NCBI GenBank assembly: GCA_041736175.1
Contig: JBGSUI010000213.1
Location: 1-16,763 of the forward strand
Origin: Oligoflexales bacterium
GTDB taxonomy: Bacteria > Bdellovibrionota_B > Oligoflexia > Oligoflexales > CAIYRB01
Length of the DNA: 16,763 bases
Direction: 5' to 3'
Positions 9,406 through 16,622 of this stretch are shown here, one piece after another. Numbering within the stretch: position 1 is the stretch's first letter; each line of letters opens with the position of its first letter. The position numbers and the translations under genes are program-made. The notes below the pieces were generated by a model that worked only from the letters and a program-made list of their open reading frames with translations, made no database searches and had not been told where the DNA came from.

Positions 9406-10377
9406 GTGACTAACTTGACGAATATCCCTAGCGAAGCAAACGAGCCTAAATCCACCGAAGGTTCCGCTCCAGCCACTGTCGGAACGATTTTTTTAAACGA
9501 CATCATGAAGGTCGATGGTGCTTTATTTGACCCTTCTAAGGGAGTCATCGGACAGACCTGGAAGATCGACGTGACTCTCACGGGGCCACTCAATGAGAAT
9601 GGGTTTGTCTATGATTTTTCTGATTTCAAGAAATTGGTCCGAAAAGTCCTCAAATCCAGTCTCGACCATGCTCTTATTATTCCGATCAACTCCCAGTCTG
9701 TCGTCTTTAAAGGACAGAGCCGCGGCGAATGCTGGGTGATGCGTTCGCGCAACGGCAAGGGTGTCGCCGAACAAGAATGGTCCTATATCAGCCCTGCGGG
9801 AGCCGTCTTTCCCTCAAGGTCCGTCGCCCTTAACCGCCAGGTGCTCGAACAGGAAGTCGTGCGAAGCTTAAGGCATCGATTGCCTCAGGAAATCCTCAAT
9901 ATCACCGCGACCCTTCGAGAAGAGGATGCCATCGCCACCGAGGCGGTCTTTCGCTACACCCACGGAATCGCTCATCACACGGGGATGTGCCAACGGCTGT
10001 TCCATGGGCATAAGAGTCGGATCCAATGCTACGTGGGAGAAGAACGACGTCCTGACTATGAGCATTACCTCGTAAGGGATATTTTAGGCTCCCATGTTCA
10101 TATTGCCACCCCATCCCAGCACAAATCAGGAGCCGTGATTCCCGTGGGCTATCGGGGCAAAACCAAAGAATCGATCACCCTGTCCTATGAAGCCTCCCAA
10201 GGTTATTTTGAAGCCACCTTGCCTTCGGATCGAGTTTTTATGGTAGACGGGGAAACCAGCATCGAATGCATTGCACGAGAACTCGCCAGGGTTGTCAAAA
10301 GAGAAGAAGCCACCACCGATAAAGTCAAGATCATATGTTTTGAGGGTATCGACAAGGGAGCGATTGCCGAGATCTAA
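9406..10377 (+). CDS. Tandem T-fold 6-carboxytetrahydropterin synthase / PTPS (QueD-like) protein
   Basis: 323 aa with a GTG start (exact start uncertain). The N-half has GFVYDF..KK...LDH. The C-half has H-x8-CQRLFHGH, ETSIECIA and a terminal FEG..KGA, all PTPS/QueD signatures. Confidence 0.8.
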   Translation: MTNLTNIPSEANEPKSTEGSAPATVGTIFLNDIMKVDGALFDPSKGVIGQTWKIDVTLTGPLNENGFVYDFSDFKKLVRKVLKSSLDHALIIPINSQSVVFKGQSRGECWVMRSRNGKGVAEQEWSYISPAGAVFPSRSVALNRQVLEQEVVRSLRHRLPQEILNITATLREEDAIATEAVFRYTHGIAHHTGMCQRLFHGHKSRIQCYVGEERRPDYEHYLVRDILGSHVHIATPSQHKSGAVIPVGYRGKTKESITLSYEASQGYFEATLPSDRVFMVDGETSIECIARELARVVKREEATTDKVKIICFEGIDKGAIAEI

Positions 10378-10413
10378 AAATGCGACCTGCTCCTTATTGA
10401 GTTTTTAAAACTT

Positions 10414-10446
10414 CTTAATCAGGTCTTAACGCAGAGTTCCTACGAT
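10414..10446 (+). promoter_or_regulatory. OmpR/PhoB-family direct-repeat box plus -10 element upstream of olsB-like gene
   Basis: CTTAAT-N5-CTTAAC (10414-10430, 11-bp period) ends 10 bp before TACGAT (10441-10446). Confidence 0.5.
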
Positions 10447-10500
10447 AAAAGCCTACATATCAAATCAACAGATGGGCTTTTACGGTGGGGGGGGCGTTTT

Positions 10501-11358
10501 ATGCTTGGCGCAAAGATCATGTTGTCTGCGACGCAAATCGGAGCCGGGCTATCGAGGTCTTTTTCCGAAGCCGCTCTCAAAGTCACTCCTTTAGGATTTC
10601 AAAGAAAGGTTGCGGTTGATTTTACAGTCCGCAATTTTAGGGTTAAAACCATCGAGTCCTCCGCAGAAATGCGCCAAGTCCTCGCCCTAAGGCACAAAGT
10701 CTTCCACCTAGAGTTTTCGCGAAAACGGCTCAGCCTGACCACCGACAAAGACCAGTATGATTTAAAGGCAGACCATCTCGCTATTTTTGACCTCTCGACA
10801 TCGAGACTGGCCGGGGTTTACCGCTTGATGTCGTCCCGGGGAACTCAAAATTTCTACTCACAAAGTGAGTTTCACCTGGGATCCTTTTTAGACACCGAAG
10901 GGACCAAACTAGAACTGAGCCGAGCCTGTATCGATAAAGATTATCGCAACGGTGTTATTATTAGCCTTTTATGGAAAGGCCTCGCCGAATATGCTAAAGC
11001 CGACCAAACCCACTGGCTTTTTGGACTTTCCAGCGTCAACACGACCCAAATGGACCAAGTGATTGCTCTCCACCGCTTTTTTTCCGAAAAAGGGATCTTT
11101 GATGATCGCTTTGGAATCAGGCCGCAGACACACTTTAAAATCAAATCCTTTGACGAGCATTACCTACAAAGCCCTAGCCAAAAAGTGGAACTAGCAACCG
11201 ACGGTCTTCCGTCTCTTTTTAAAACCTATATCAAAGCGGGTGCTCGCGTATGCTCTCAACCAGTGATCGACCGGGATTTCGCCTGCGCAGACTGGCTGAC
11301 CGTGTTGGACCTATCCCAACTCACAGGAGCATTCGATCGGCGATTTATGAAAAACTGA
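10501..11358 (+). CDS. GNAT-family N-acyltransferase, OlsB-like (Acetyltransf_5; lyso-ornithine/amino-lipid synthase)
   Basis: 285 aa. Motifs LRHKVF, D.YD...DHL, GVYRL, FYSQSEF, LELSRACIDKDYRNG, LLWKG, LFGLSS, LPSLFKTYIKAGA and PVIDRDF match the OlsB-like family. Confidence 0.85.
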   Translation: MLGAKIMLSATQIGAGLSRSFSEAALKVTPLGFQRKVAVDFTVRNFRVKTIESSAEMRQVLALRHKVFHLEFSRKRLSLTTDKDQYDLKADHLAIFDLSTSRLAGVYRLMSSRGTQNFYSQSEFHLGSFLDTEGTKLELSRACIDKDYRNGVIISLLWKGLAEYAKADQTHWLFGLSSVNTTQMDQVIALHRFFSEKGIFDDRFGIRPQTHFKIKSFDEHYLQSPSQKVELATDGLPSLFKTYIKAGARVCSQPVIDRDFACADWLTVLDLSQLTGAFDRRFMKN

Positions 11359-12131
11359 TTTCCAGCATTAGACTCTGTGTTGTCTTTCAATACATAGCTT
11401 TGTTTATGGTCACTTCAATCCTCTGCCAAATATTAATCAGGGACCCAGTTAAGAGACAGTGGGTGATAGGGAGGTTTTTGCAAAAACAGTGCGGCAAAAT
11501 TCTTGCTTTCCTAAATATAGAGGTTATTTCTCAAGGATTTCAGAGTGGTGCTTTAAGCACCACCCAAAACTATCTTATCCTCCCCAATCACATCTCCTAT
11601 CTAGATGTGGTCGTACTCAATAGCCTCTTTCCGGCAATGTTTGTAACCTCCCGAGATATTGAGACGACCCCTTTTCTTGGCTCCCTATGCCGGTATGCGG
11701 GATGCCTTTTTGTCAATCGATTTGCCAAAAAAGATATTCTTCGAGATATCAACGATATCTCAAGGCACCTTAACACCAAAGGTGCTACCCCCGTGGTCCT
11801 TTTCCCAGAGGGGACCACTTCTAACGGGCTAAAAGTCTTGGCCTACAAAAAAAGCCTGATCCAAGCGGCCCTCCAAAGCCGGTGTCAGGTGATCCCCATG
11901 TGCCTTAAGTATGCCGAAGTGGATGGAAAACCTTTCGATGCCTCCTGCCATGACCGACTGGCCTGGTATGGTCCTATGCGGTTTTTCCCCCATCTTTGGC
12001 AACTTATGTCCATAGAATCAGCAAAAGTCGAGGTTTTTTGCGGGAGCCCCATGGTCTTTAGAGAGCAAAAATGCCGCAAAAAACTCGCTGACGCGGTGCG
12101 GTCTGAGACCGAAAGACTCTTTTATCCTTAA
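11355..12131 (+). CDS. Lysophospholipid acyltransferase (PlsC/OlsA-like O-acyltransferase)
   Basis: NHISYLD (HX4D) and LFPEGTTSNG motifs. The start is uncertain: CTG 11355 overlapping the olsB stop, TTG 11400, or ATG 11406. The ORF-track start at 11250 lies deep inside olsB. Confidence 0.88.
   Translation: MISSIRLCVVFQYIALFMVTSILCQILIRDPVKRQWVIGRFLQKQCGKILAFLNIEVISQGFQSGALSTTQNYLILPNHISYLDVVVLNSLFPAMFVTSRDIETTPFLGSLCRYAGCLFVNRFAKKDILRDINDISRHLNTKGATPVVLFPEGTTSNGLKVLAYKKSLIQAALQSRCQVIPMCLKYAEVDGKPFDASCHDRLAWYGPMRFFPHLWQLMSIESAKVEVFCGSPMVFREQKCRKKLADAVRSETERLFYP
12100..12125 (+). repeat. 26-bp direct repeat, left copy (attL-like), within the 3' end of the acyltransferase gene
   Basis: GGTCTGAGACCGAAAGACTCTTTTAT, identical to 13427-13452. 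Confidence 0.95.
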
Positions 12132-12162
12132 GGGACTCTTTCTGTGATTGTTCCTGAAAATA

Positions 12163-12191
12163 TTGAACAAAATAAGGATCCGTAGTAGGCT
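12163..12191 (+). promoter_or_regulatory. sigma70 promoter candidate for the AAA-DUF4143 gene
   Basis: TTGAAC (12163-12168), a 17-bp spacer, then TAGGCT (12186-12191). Confidence 0.5.
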
Positions 12192-12222
12192 CCGGATATG
12201 GCGGGAATTTCCGGAGGCGACT

Positions 12223-13419
12223 ATGGCTGAGCTACCAAGACTATGCAAACCATTAAAATCAAATAGTTTTTTTATTTTTGGAGCACGTGGGACGGGAAAG
12301 ACGACGCTTATCCGTCGCCTCTTAGCTGGGCAAAGAGTATGGAACATAGACCTCTTGGAACTTGCCGAAGAAGACCGTTATTCTCGAGAACCAGACCTCC
12401 TCTACCGGCAGGTAGCCGCTCAATACCAAGAAATCGAATGGGTGGTAATTGACGAAATTCAAAAGGTTCCTGAGCTCCTCAATGTCGTTCATCGTATTAT
12501 CGAGTCCCCCGAGTTTAAATCACCCAAATTTGCAATGACTGGATCAAGTGCCCGAAAGTTGAAGCGAGGATCTGCCAATTTGCTGGCTGGACGAGCTTTC
12601 GTTAACAACCTATACCCGTTGACACATATTGAATTAGGCGAGCATTTTAGCCTTGATGATGTCCTCAACTGGGGTTCGCTGCCTAAAATCACCAGTCTTG
12701 CTAGCTCGGAAGAAAAAGCCGAGTTTCTGAGGTCATATGGTCTTACATATTTAAAAGAAGAAATTTGGAATGAACATCTTGTAGAACAGTTGGATCCCTT
12801 TCGACTCTTTCTCGAAGTCGCAGCCCAGACCAATGGTACAATTGTGAATTATGCGAAAATTGCCAAAGACGTAGGTATCAACGAAAAAACCATCAAGCGA
12901 TACTTTGAACTGCTCGAGGAAACTCTGATTGGATTTCATTTAAACTCATTTCACAGATCGATTCGCAAACGCCAATCTTCCAGTCCAAAGTTTTATTTGT
13001 TTGATACTGGTGTCACCCGAGCCCTAGCTCGCTTTTTAAGTCAGCAGCTTTTGCCAAAAACACAGTCCTACGGACTTGCATTCGAGCATTTCATTATTGC
13101 TGAGTGTGTCCGACTTAATGACTATTTTCGAAGTGATTATCGTTTTTCATATTTTAGGACAAAAGAAGGCGCTGAAATTGATCTGATCATCGATCGACCG
13201 GGAGCTCCGCTAGCATTGATCGAAATAAAATCATCGTCTAACCCCACACAGGAAGACATCAGGCACCTTGTTCGCTTGCGACCAGAATTTCTTCCCTGCG
13301 AATGTTTTTGTTTTTCCAACGATCCAACTCCTCGAGAGGAAGATGGCGTGCTGTTTATGCATTGGCGAGAAGGGCTCCGTAGAATTGGCCTTGTATCCCC
13401 AAAACAAGACCATTCTTAA
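12223..13419 (+). CDS. AAA+ ATPase with C-terminal DUF4143 (COG1373-type; AAA_14 + HTH + PD-(D/E)xK-like domain)
   Basis: Walker A GARGTGKT, Walker B VVIDEIQK, TGSSA, LLAGRA, an HTH-like NYAKIAKDVGINEKTIKRY, KFYLFDTG, and EIDLII...IEIKS. Start placed at ATG 12223 behind GGAGG (12213-12217) rather than TTG 12148. Confidence 0.92.
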   Translation: MAELPRLCKPLKSNSFFIFGARGTGKTTLIRRLLAGQRVWNIDLLELAEEDRYSREPDLLYRQVAAQYQEIEWVVIDEIQKVPELLNVVHRIIESPEFKSPKFAMTGSSARKLKRGSANLLAGRAFVNNLYPLTHIELGEHFSLDDVLNWGSLPKITSLASSEEKAEFLRSYGLTYLKEEIWNEHLVEQLDPFRLFLEVAAQTNGTIVNYAKIAKDVGINEKTIKRYFELLEETLIGFHLNSFHRSIRKRQSSSPKFYLFDTGVTRALARFLSQQLLPKTQSYGLAFEHFIIAECVRLNDYFRSDYRFSYFRTKEGAEIDLIIDRPGAPLALIEIKSSSNPTQEDIRHLVRLRPEFLPCECFCFSNDPTPREEDGVLFMHWREGLRRIGLVSPKQDHS

Positions 13420-13426
13420 AAAGGTG

Positions 13427-13452
13427 GGTCTGAGACCGAAAGACTCTTTTAT
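13427..13452 (+). repeat. 26-bp direct repeat, right copy (attR-like)
   Basis: Identical to 12100-12125, starting 8 nt after the AAA gene stop codon. Confidence 0.95.
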
Positions 13453-13471
13453 AGCTAGAAATTTGGCCCAT

Positions 13472-13500
13472 TTTGCTCCAGGGACTGGTTCTGCTATAAT
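13472..13500 (+). promoter_or_regulatory. sigma70 promoter for the M14 peptidase gene
   Basis: TTTGCTC (13472-13478) followed by a perfect extended -10 TGCTATAAT (13492-13500). Confidence 0.7.
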
Positions 13501-13534
13501 AAAAGGATCCAAATCAATTAAATGGGGACCAGCG

Positions 13535-14590
13535 TTGAACGACTATCAGCGCACTGATGACCTTAGACGGCGCCTGCCTGAATCCCTCGAGCTTGAAGAA
13601 ATCAAAATGATGATCAAGGGCCTCGGCGAGGTGGTTACCGAGGGCGAGGTGGTCTACAAGGAGCATGTTTTTCCGATCTATAGCTTTGCGATCGGATCCA
13701 AAGGGCCTAACCTACCCAAGATCGCCTTTATCGGGGGTGTCCATGGCCTCGAAAGGGTCGGCACCAATATTGCGATTTCCTATATTAAAACAATCCTGGA
13801 ATTGATCCATTGGGATAAAGGACTTCAGTTTCTTTTAGAACGTTGCCGGTTGGTGTTTTTGCCTTTAGTCAATCCCATCGGGATGTATAACCGCACAAGA
13901 TCTAATGGCAACGGTGTCGACCTCATGCGAAATGCTCCTATCAATGCCGAAGGCATCAAGCCTTACACCATGATTGGAGGTCACAGAATCTCCCATCGTT
14001 TGCCTTGGTTTAGGGGAAATCTCCAAAATGAGATGGAAAAAGAGTCCCAGATCCTCTGTGACTTTATCCGCAGAGAACTTTTTGATGCACCGTTTTCTTT
14101 TGCTCTGGATATGCATTCAGGATTTGGCGTAGTGGACCGGATTTGGTTTCCGTTTGCTTATACCAAAAAACCCTTTGAACACACCGATCTTATGTATGCA
14201 CTTAAGATCAGGTTAGATAAAAGCCTTCCAAACCACTACTATCTGATGGAGCCACAGTCAAAGATCTACCTCACCCATGGTGATTTGTGGGACTATCTTT
14301 TTATCGAGCATCGCAATCGAAACCAGCGCTCAACCTTTTTGCCTCTCACCCTAGAAATGGGCTCGTGGCTTTGGATTAAAAAGAACCCTCGGCAGATCTT
14401 CAACGCCATGGGAATTTTCAACCCTATCATCCCTCACCGCCTCCAAAGGACCCTAAGACGCCATCTAGCTCTTTTAGACTGCCTCACTCGACTCGTGGCT
14501 TCAAACGAAAACTGGGTGGACAAACACAGCTTGATCGCCGAACAATACGATCAAAAAGCTAAAGATTTTTGGTTTTCAAAAGCAACCTAG
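13535..14590 (+). CDS. M14-family zinc carboxypeptidase
   Basis: GGVHGLE (HxxE), PLVNPIG, RSNGNGVDLMRN, DMHSG and LTLEMG motifs. Start placed at TTG 13535 after GGGGA and the promoter; ATG 13608 is an alternative. Confidence 0.88.
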   Translation: MNDYQRTDDLRRRLPESLELEEIKMMIKGLGEVVTEGEVVYKEHVFPIYSFAIGSKGPNLPKIAFIGGVHGLERVGTNIAISYIKTILELIHWDKGLQFLLERCRLVFLPLVNPIGMYNRTRSNGNGVDLMRNAPINAEGIKPYTMIGGHRISHRLPWFRGNLQNEMEKESQILCDFIRRELFDAPFSFALDMHSGFGVVDRIWFPFAYTKKPFEHTDLMYALKIRLDKSLPNHYYLMEPQSKIYLTHGDLWDYLFIEHRNRNQRSTFLPLTLEMGSWLWIKKNPRQIFNAMGIFNPIIPHRLQRTLRRHLALLDCLTRLVASNENWVDKHSLIAEQYDQKAKDFWFSKAT

Positions 14591-14602
14591 TGGATGGCAG
14601 TC

Positions 14603-15355
14603 TTAAAGGGCGACGCTAACCTTTGCCGTATGGATAAACTGACTGGCCTCCAGGCGAGAATAGCCGTAGGTAAAGGCCGCGATTCCAGGAAAAATTGTCA
14701 TCTGGAAGCCAACCTCTCCCCGTGGAGAGGTCCAAATCAGATCTTTGGAATCAAGAAACGGAACCCCGCCTACAAGATTTTGGTCCGGCTGGAGCTCCCT
14801 TACGGAGACTTGATGGCGGTTGATTCCTATGCTGCCAAAAACCGCAAAATACCTCAAAAACCCGTAGCTGACGACGGCCTCTACACCGGAAGCACTGAGT
14901 TGGGATTGCTCAAGACCATAAGTATTGGTCAAGTGCATGCGAAGGGCCAGGACGGGACGGGCAAAAGCCTCATAGACCGACCACTGCACAAAGCCTGTCA
15001 CGGCCAGCCAGTTGAGTTCCGTAAGATTTGCAAGGCTTAGTCCGATATTCACTGGAATCATAAGACCACGGGTGATCCAGATCCGCTGCAGGGCAGGAGC
15101 CTGACCGCCGTTGAGTCCGTCATAGCCGTCTTTTTTAAGTCCGAAAGACATTGCTGGAAGCCGTGAAGCCCCGGCGCTGACCCTCATCCCCAGCTGTCCT
15201 TGGGAGGCCGCTGACTCGGCCAAACCTGCCTCGCACATAAGCCTCATGGTCGAGGCTTCTTCGAAAGAACTGGCGGCATAGCATGGGTTAGGGCTCCAGA
15301 CAAAAAACCAAGCGAAACCTAGAAATTTTAATAAGACACAGAAATTATGGTTCAT
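14603..15355 (-). CDS. Hypothetical exported protein, possible small outer-membrane beta-barrel
   Basis: 250 aa with a signal-peptide-like N-terminus (..CYA|ASS) and amphipathic beta-strand patterns running to a C-terminal AKVSVAL. No family recognised with certainty. Confidence 0.7.
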   Translation of the reverse strand: MNHNFCVLLKFLGFAWFFVWSPNPCYAASSFEEASTMRLMCEAGLAESAASQGQLGMRVSAGASRLPAMSFGLKKDGYDGLNGGQAPALQRIWITRGLMIPVNIGLSLANLTELNWLAVTGFVQWSVYEAFARPVLALRMHLTNTYGLEQSQLSASGVEAVVSYGFLRYFAVFGSIGINRHQVSVRELQPDQNLVGGVPFLDSKDLIWTSPRGEVGFQMTIFPGIAAFTYGYSRLEASQFIHTAKVSVAL

Positions 15356-15491
15356 ATTCTGCTACTTGAAAACCTCAAATCCATGGTTGTTTTCTCTCTA
15401 TTGTAGCCTAATTTAGAGTTTGGCATTAAAAACGTGAATCAACCTGCTAAAAAAAGATTGCAATCACCCTCGGTCCAGGTAAAACCTGGCC

Positions 15492-16166
15492 ATGGAGATT
15501 GTATTTATCGAACATTACGATAGTTTTAGTCACAACGTCATCGAGTGGATCCGCCCGGAACTACCGAAACCATGGACGATCTCTACCGTATTTTGTGACG
15601 ATCGTGACTCCCTCGCCAACCTAAGCTTACAACCGAAACCAATGGTCCTGTCCCCTGGACCTGGTCACCCTGGGGATTATCCCCTGACCCTAGACCTGGT
15701 ACGACAAGCATTGGGAAAAGCCCCGATCCTCGGTATTTGCTTGGGGCACCAGATACTGGCTTTGGCTGGAGGCGCCTCAATTATCCGCTCCCAAGCCCCC
15801 TTTCATGGGACTTGCCGTGGCCTTAATATACGCCACCCCTTCTTTGGAATCTCTCGGAGCCAGACTCCGCCGGTTGCCGTGTACCACTCGCTCGTGGTCC
15901 AAGGGGCCACCCTCCCGCCACCATGGCGGGTCTTGGCGACCGACTCCCTGGGAGAAACCGCAGCCATCGAGTGGCCTGGAACATTAGAGGGTCGGGATCA
16001 TCTCGGAGCCCTGAATGACGGGACCCTCTGGCCTGCGGTCGGCCTCCAATTTCATCCTGAAAGTTTTATGAGCCTGAACAGTGAGTATCTAATCCAAGGA
16101 TGGTTGCAACGGGATGTGAATCCCTGGTCCCAGCAACGACGATCAAGCGTGTCGCTAGAGAGTTGA
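15492..16166 (+). CDS. Anthranilate/aminodeoxychorismate synthase component II (class I glutamine amidotransferase, TrpG/PabA)
   Basis: YDSF, LSPGPGHP, GICLGHQ, YHSL and QFHPES motifs. trpG versus pabA cannot be decided from the sequence. Confidence 0.92.
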   Translation: MEIVFIEHYDSFSHNVIEWIRPELPKPWTISTVFCDDRDSLANLSLQPKPMVLSPGPGHPGDYPLTLDLVRQALGKAPILGICLGHQILALAGGASIIRSQAPFHGTCRGLNIRHPFFGISRSQTPPVAVYHSLVVQGATLPPPWRVLATDSLGETAAIEWPGTLEGRDHLGALNDGTLWPAVGLQFHPESFMSLNSEYLIQGWLQRDVNPWSQQRRSSVSLES

Positions 16167-16622
16167 TTTTTTGTTAGCTGCGTAAATCCACTGATCCAGA
16201 ATCATTGGAAGATATTCCACAAAGTAAAGCGGGAGGGTGAGCAGATCAAAAGCCGCCCTTTGTTTTTCTCCTAAAGTCGCCACTTGGTGCGAAACGGTTT
16301 GGATAGAGGGATATTCCAGACTGAATTTGACAGCGAGGGGCCAGCCGCGCAGGGTCATCACATGCAAGAGGGATTTCATGGCACCGGCTTTGCGGGCTTT
16401 AACCTCAATCGGTATAATGTACCGCCCCCTCTGGACCAGGAAATCAACTTCGGCGTTGGAGGTTTTTCCCTCCCTCAGCCAATAAAAAAGTTCTGGTTTC
16501 GATGTGGTGCCTTGGAAGGACGTTAAATGTTGGGCAATAAACTGCTCAGCTATAGCCCCCTCATGGATCATGATGGTCTCTAAATTAAAGGTGCTCTGGT
16601 GTACACCCATCATGCTGTTATA
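16155..16622 (-). pseudogene. 5'-truncated AAA-DUF4143 gene (C-terminal DUF4143 portion only)
   Basis: EGAIAEQFIAQHL, LFYWLRE...AEVDFL...IPIEVKA...MKSL and LPLY motifs. An in-frame TAG lies 12 codons upstream of ATG 16613. There is no RBS, and no ATPase domain is visible in the remaining 150 nt. Confidence 0.75.

Larger units (their letters stand above)
12100..13452 (+). mobile_element. Putative integrated single-gene islet carrying an AAA-DUF4143 gene
   Basis: Bounded by identical 26-bp repeats 1327 bp apart that duplicate the 3' end of the upstream gene. Contains one promoter and one CDS, with no integrase or transposase. Confidence 0.6.

Noticed and set aside
7658..10377. gltX-like gene as glutamyl-queuosine synthetase (GluQ) linked to the divergent queD-like gene
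   Set aside because: The protein is full length with an anticodon-binding domain, whereas GluQ-RS lacks it. The adjacency is probably incidental.
12148..12222. N-terminal extension of the AAA ORF from TTG 12148
   Set aside because: It covers the predicted promoter. ATG 12223 has a GGAGG RBS and gives the family-typical distance to Walker A.
12100..13452. 26-bp palindromic repeat as a CRISPR repeat or IS target-site duplication
   Set aside because: There are only two copies, 1.3 kb apart, and no cas genes. It is much longer than a typical IS duplication, and there is no transposase or terminal inverted repeats.
13268..13534. N-terminal extension of the M14 peptidase ORF
   Set aside because: It overlaps the AAA gene, the right repeat and a strong promoter. 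The real start is more plausibly 13535 or 13608.
14594..15040. 148-aa plus-strand ORF
   Set aside because: Antisense shadow of the longer, signal-peptide-bearing ORF at 14603-15355, with no recognisable motifs.
15419..15440. Possible sigma54 promoter (TTTGGCA) upstream of trpG/pabA
   Set aside because: There is no GC -12 element at the required spacing.
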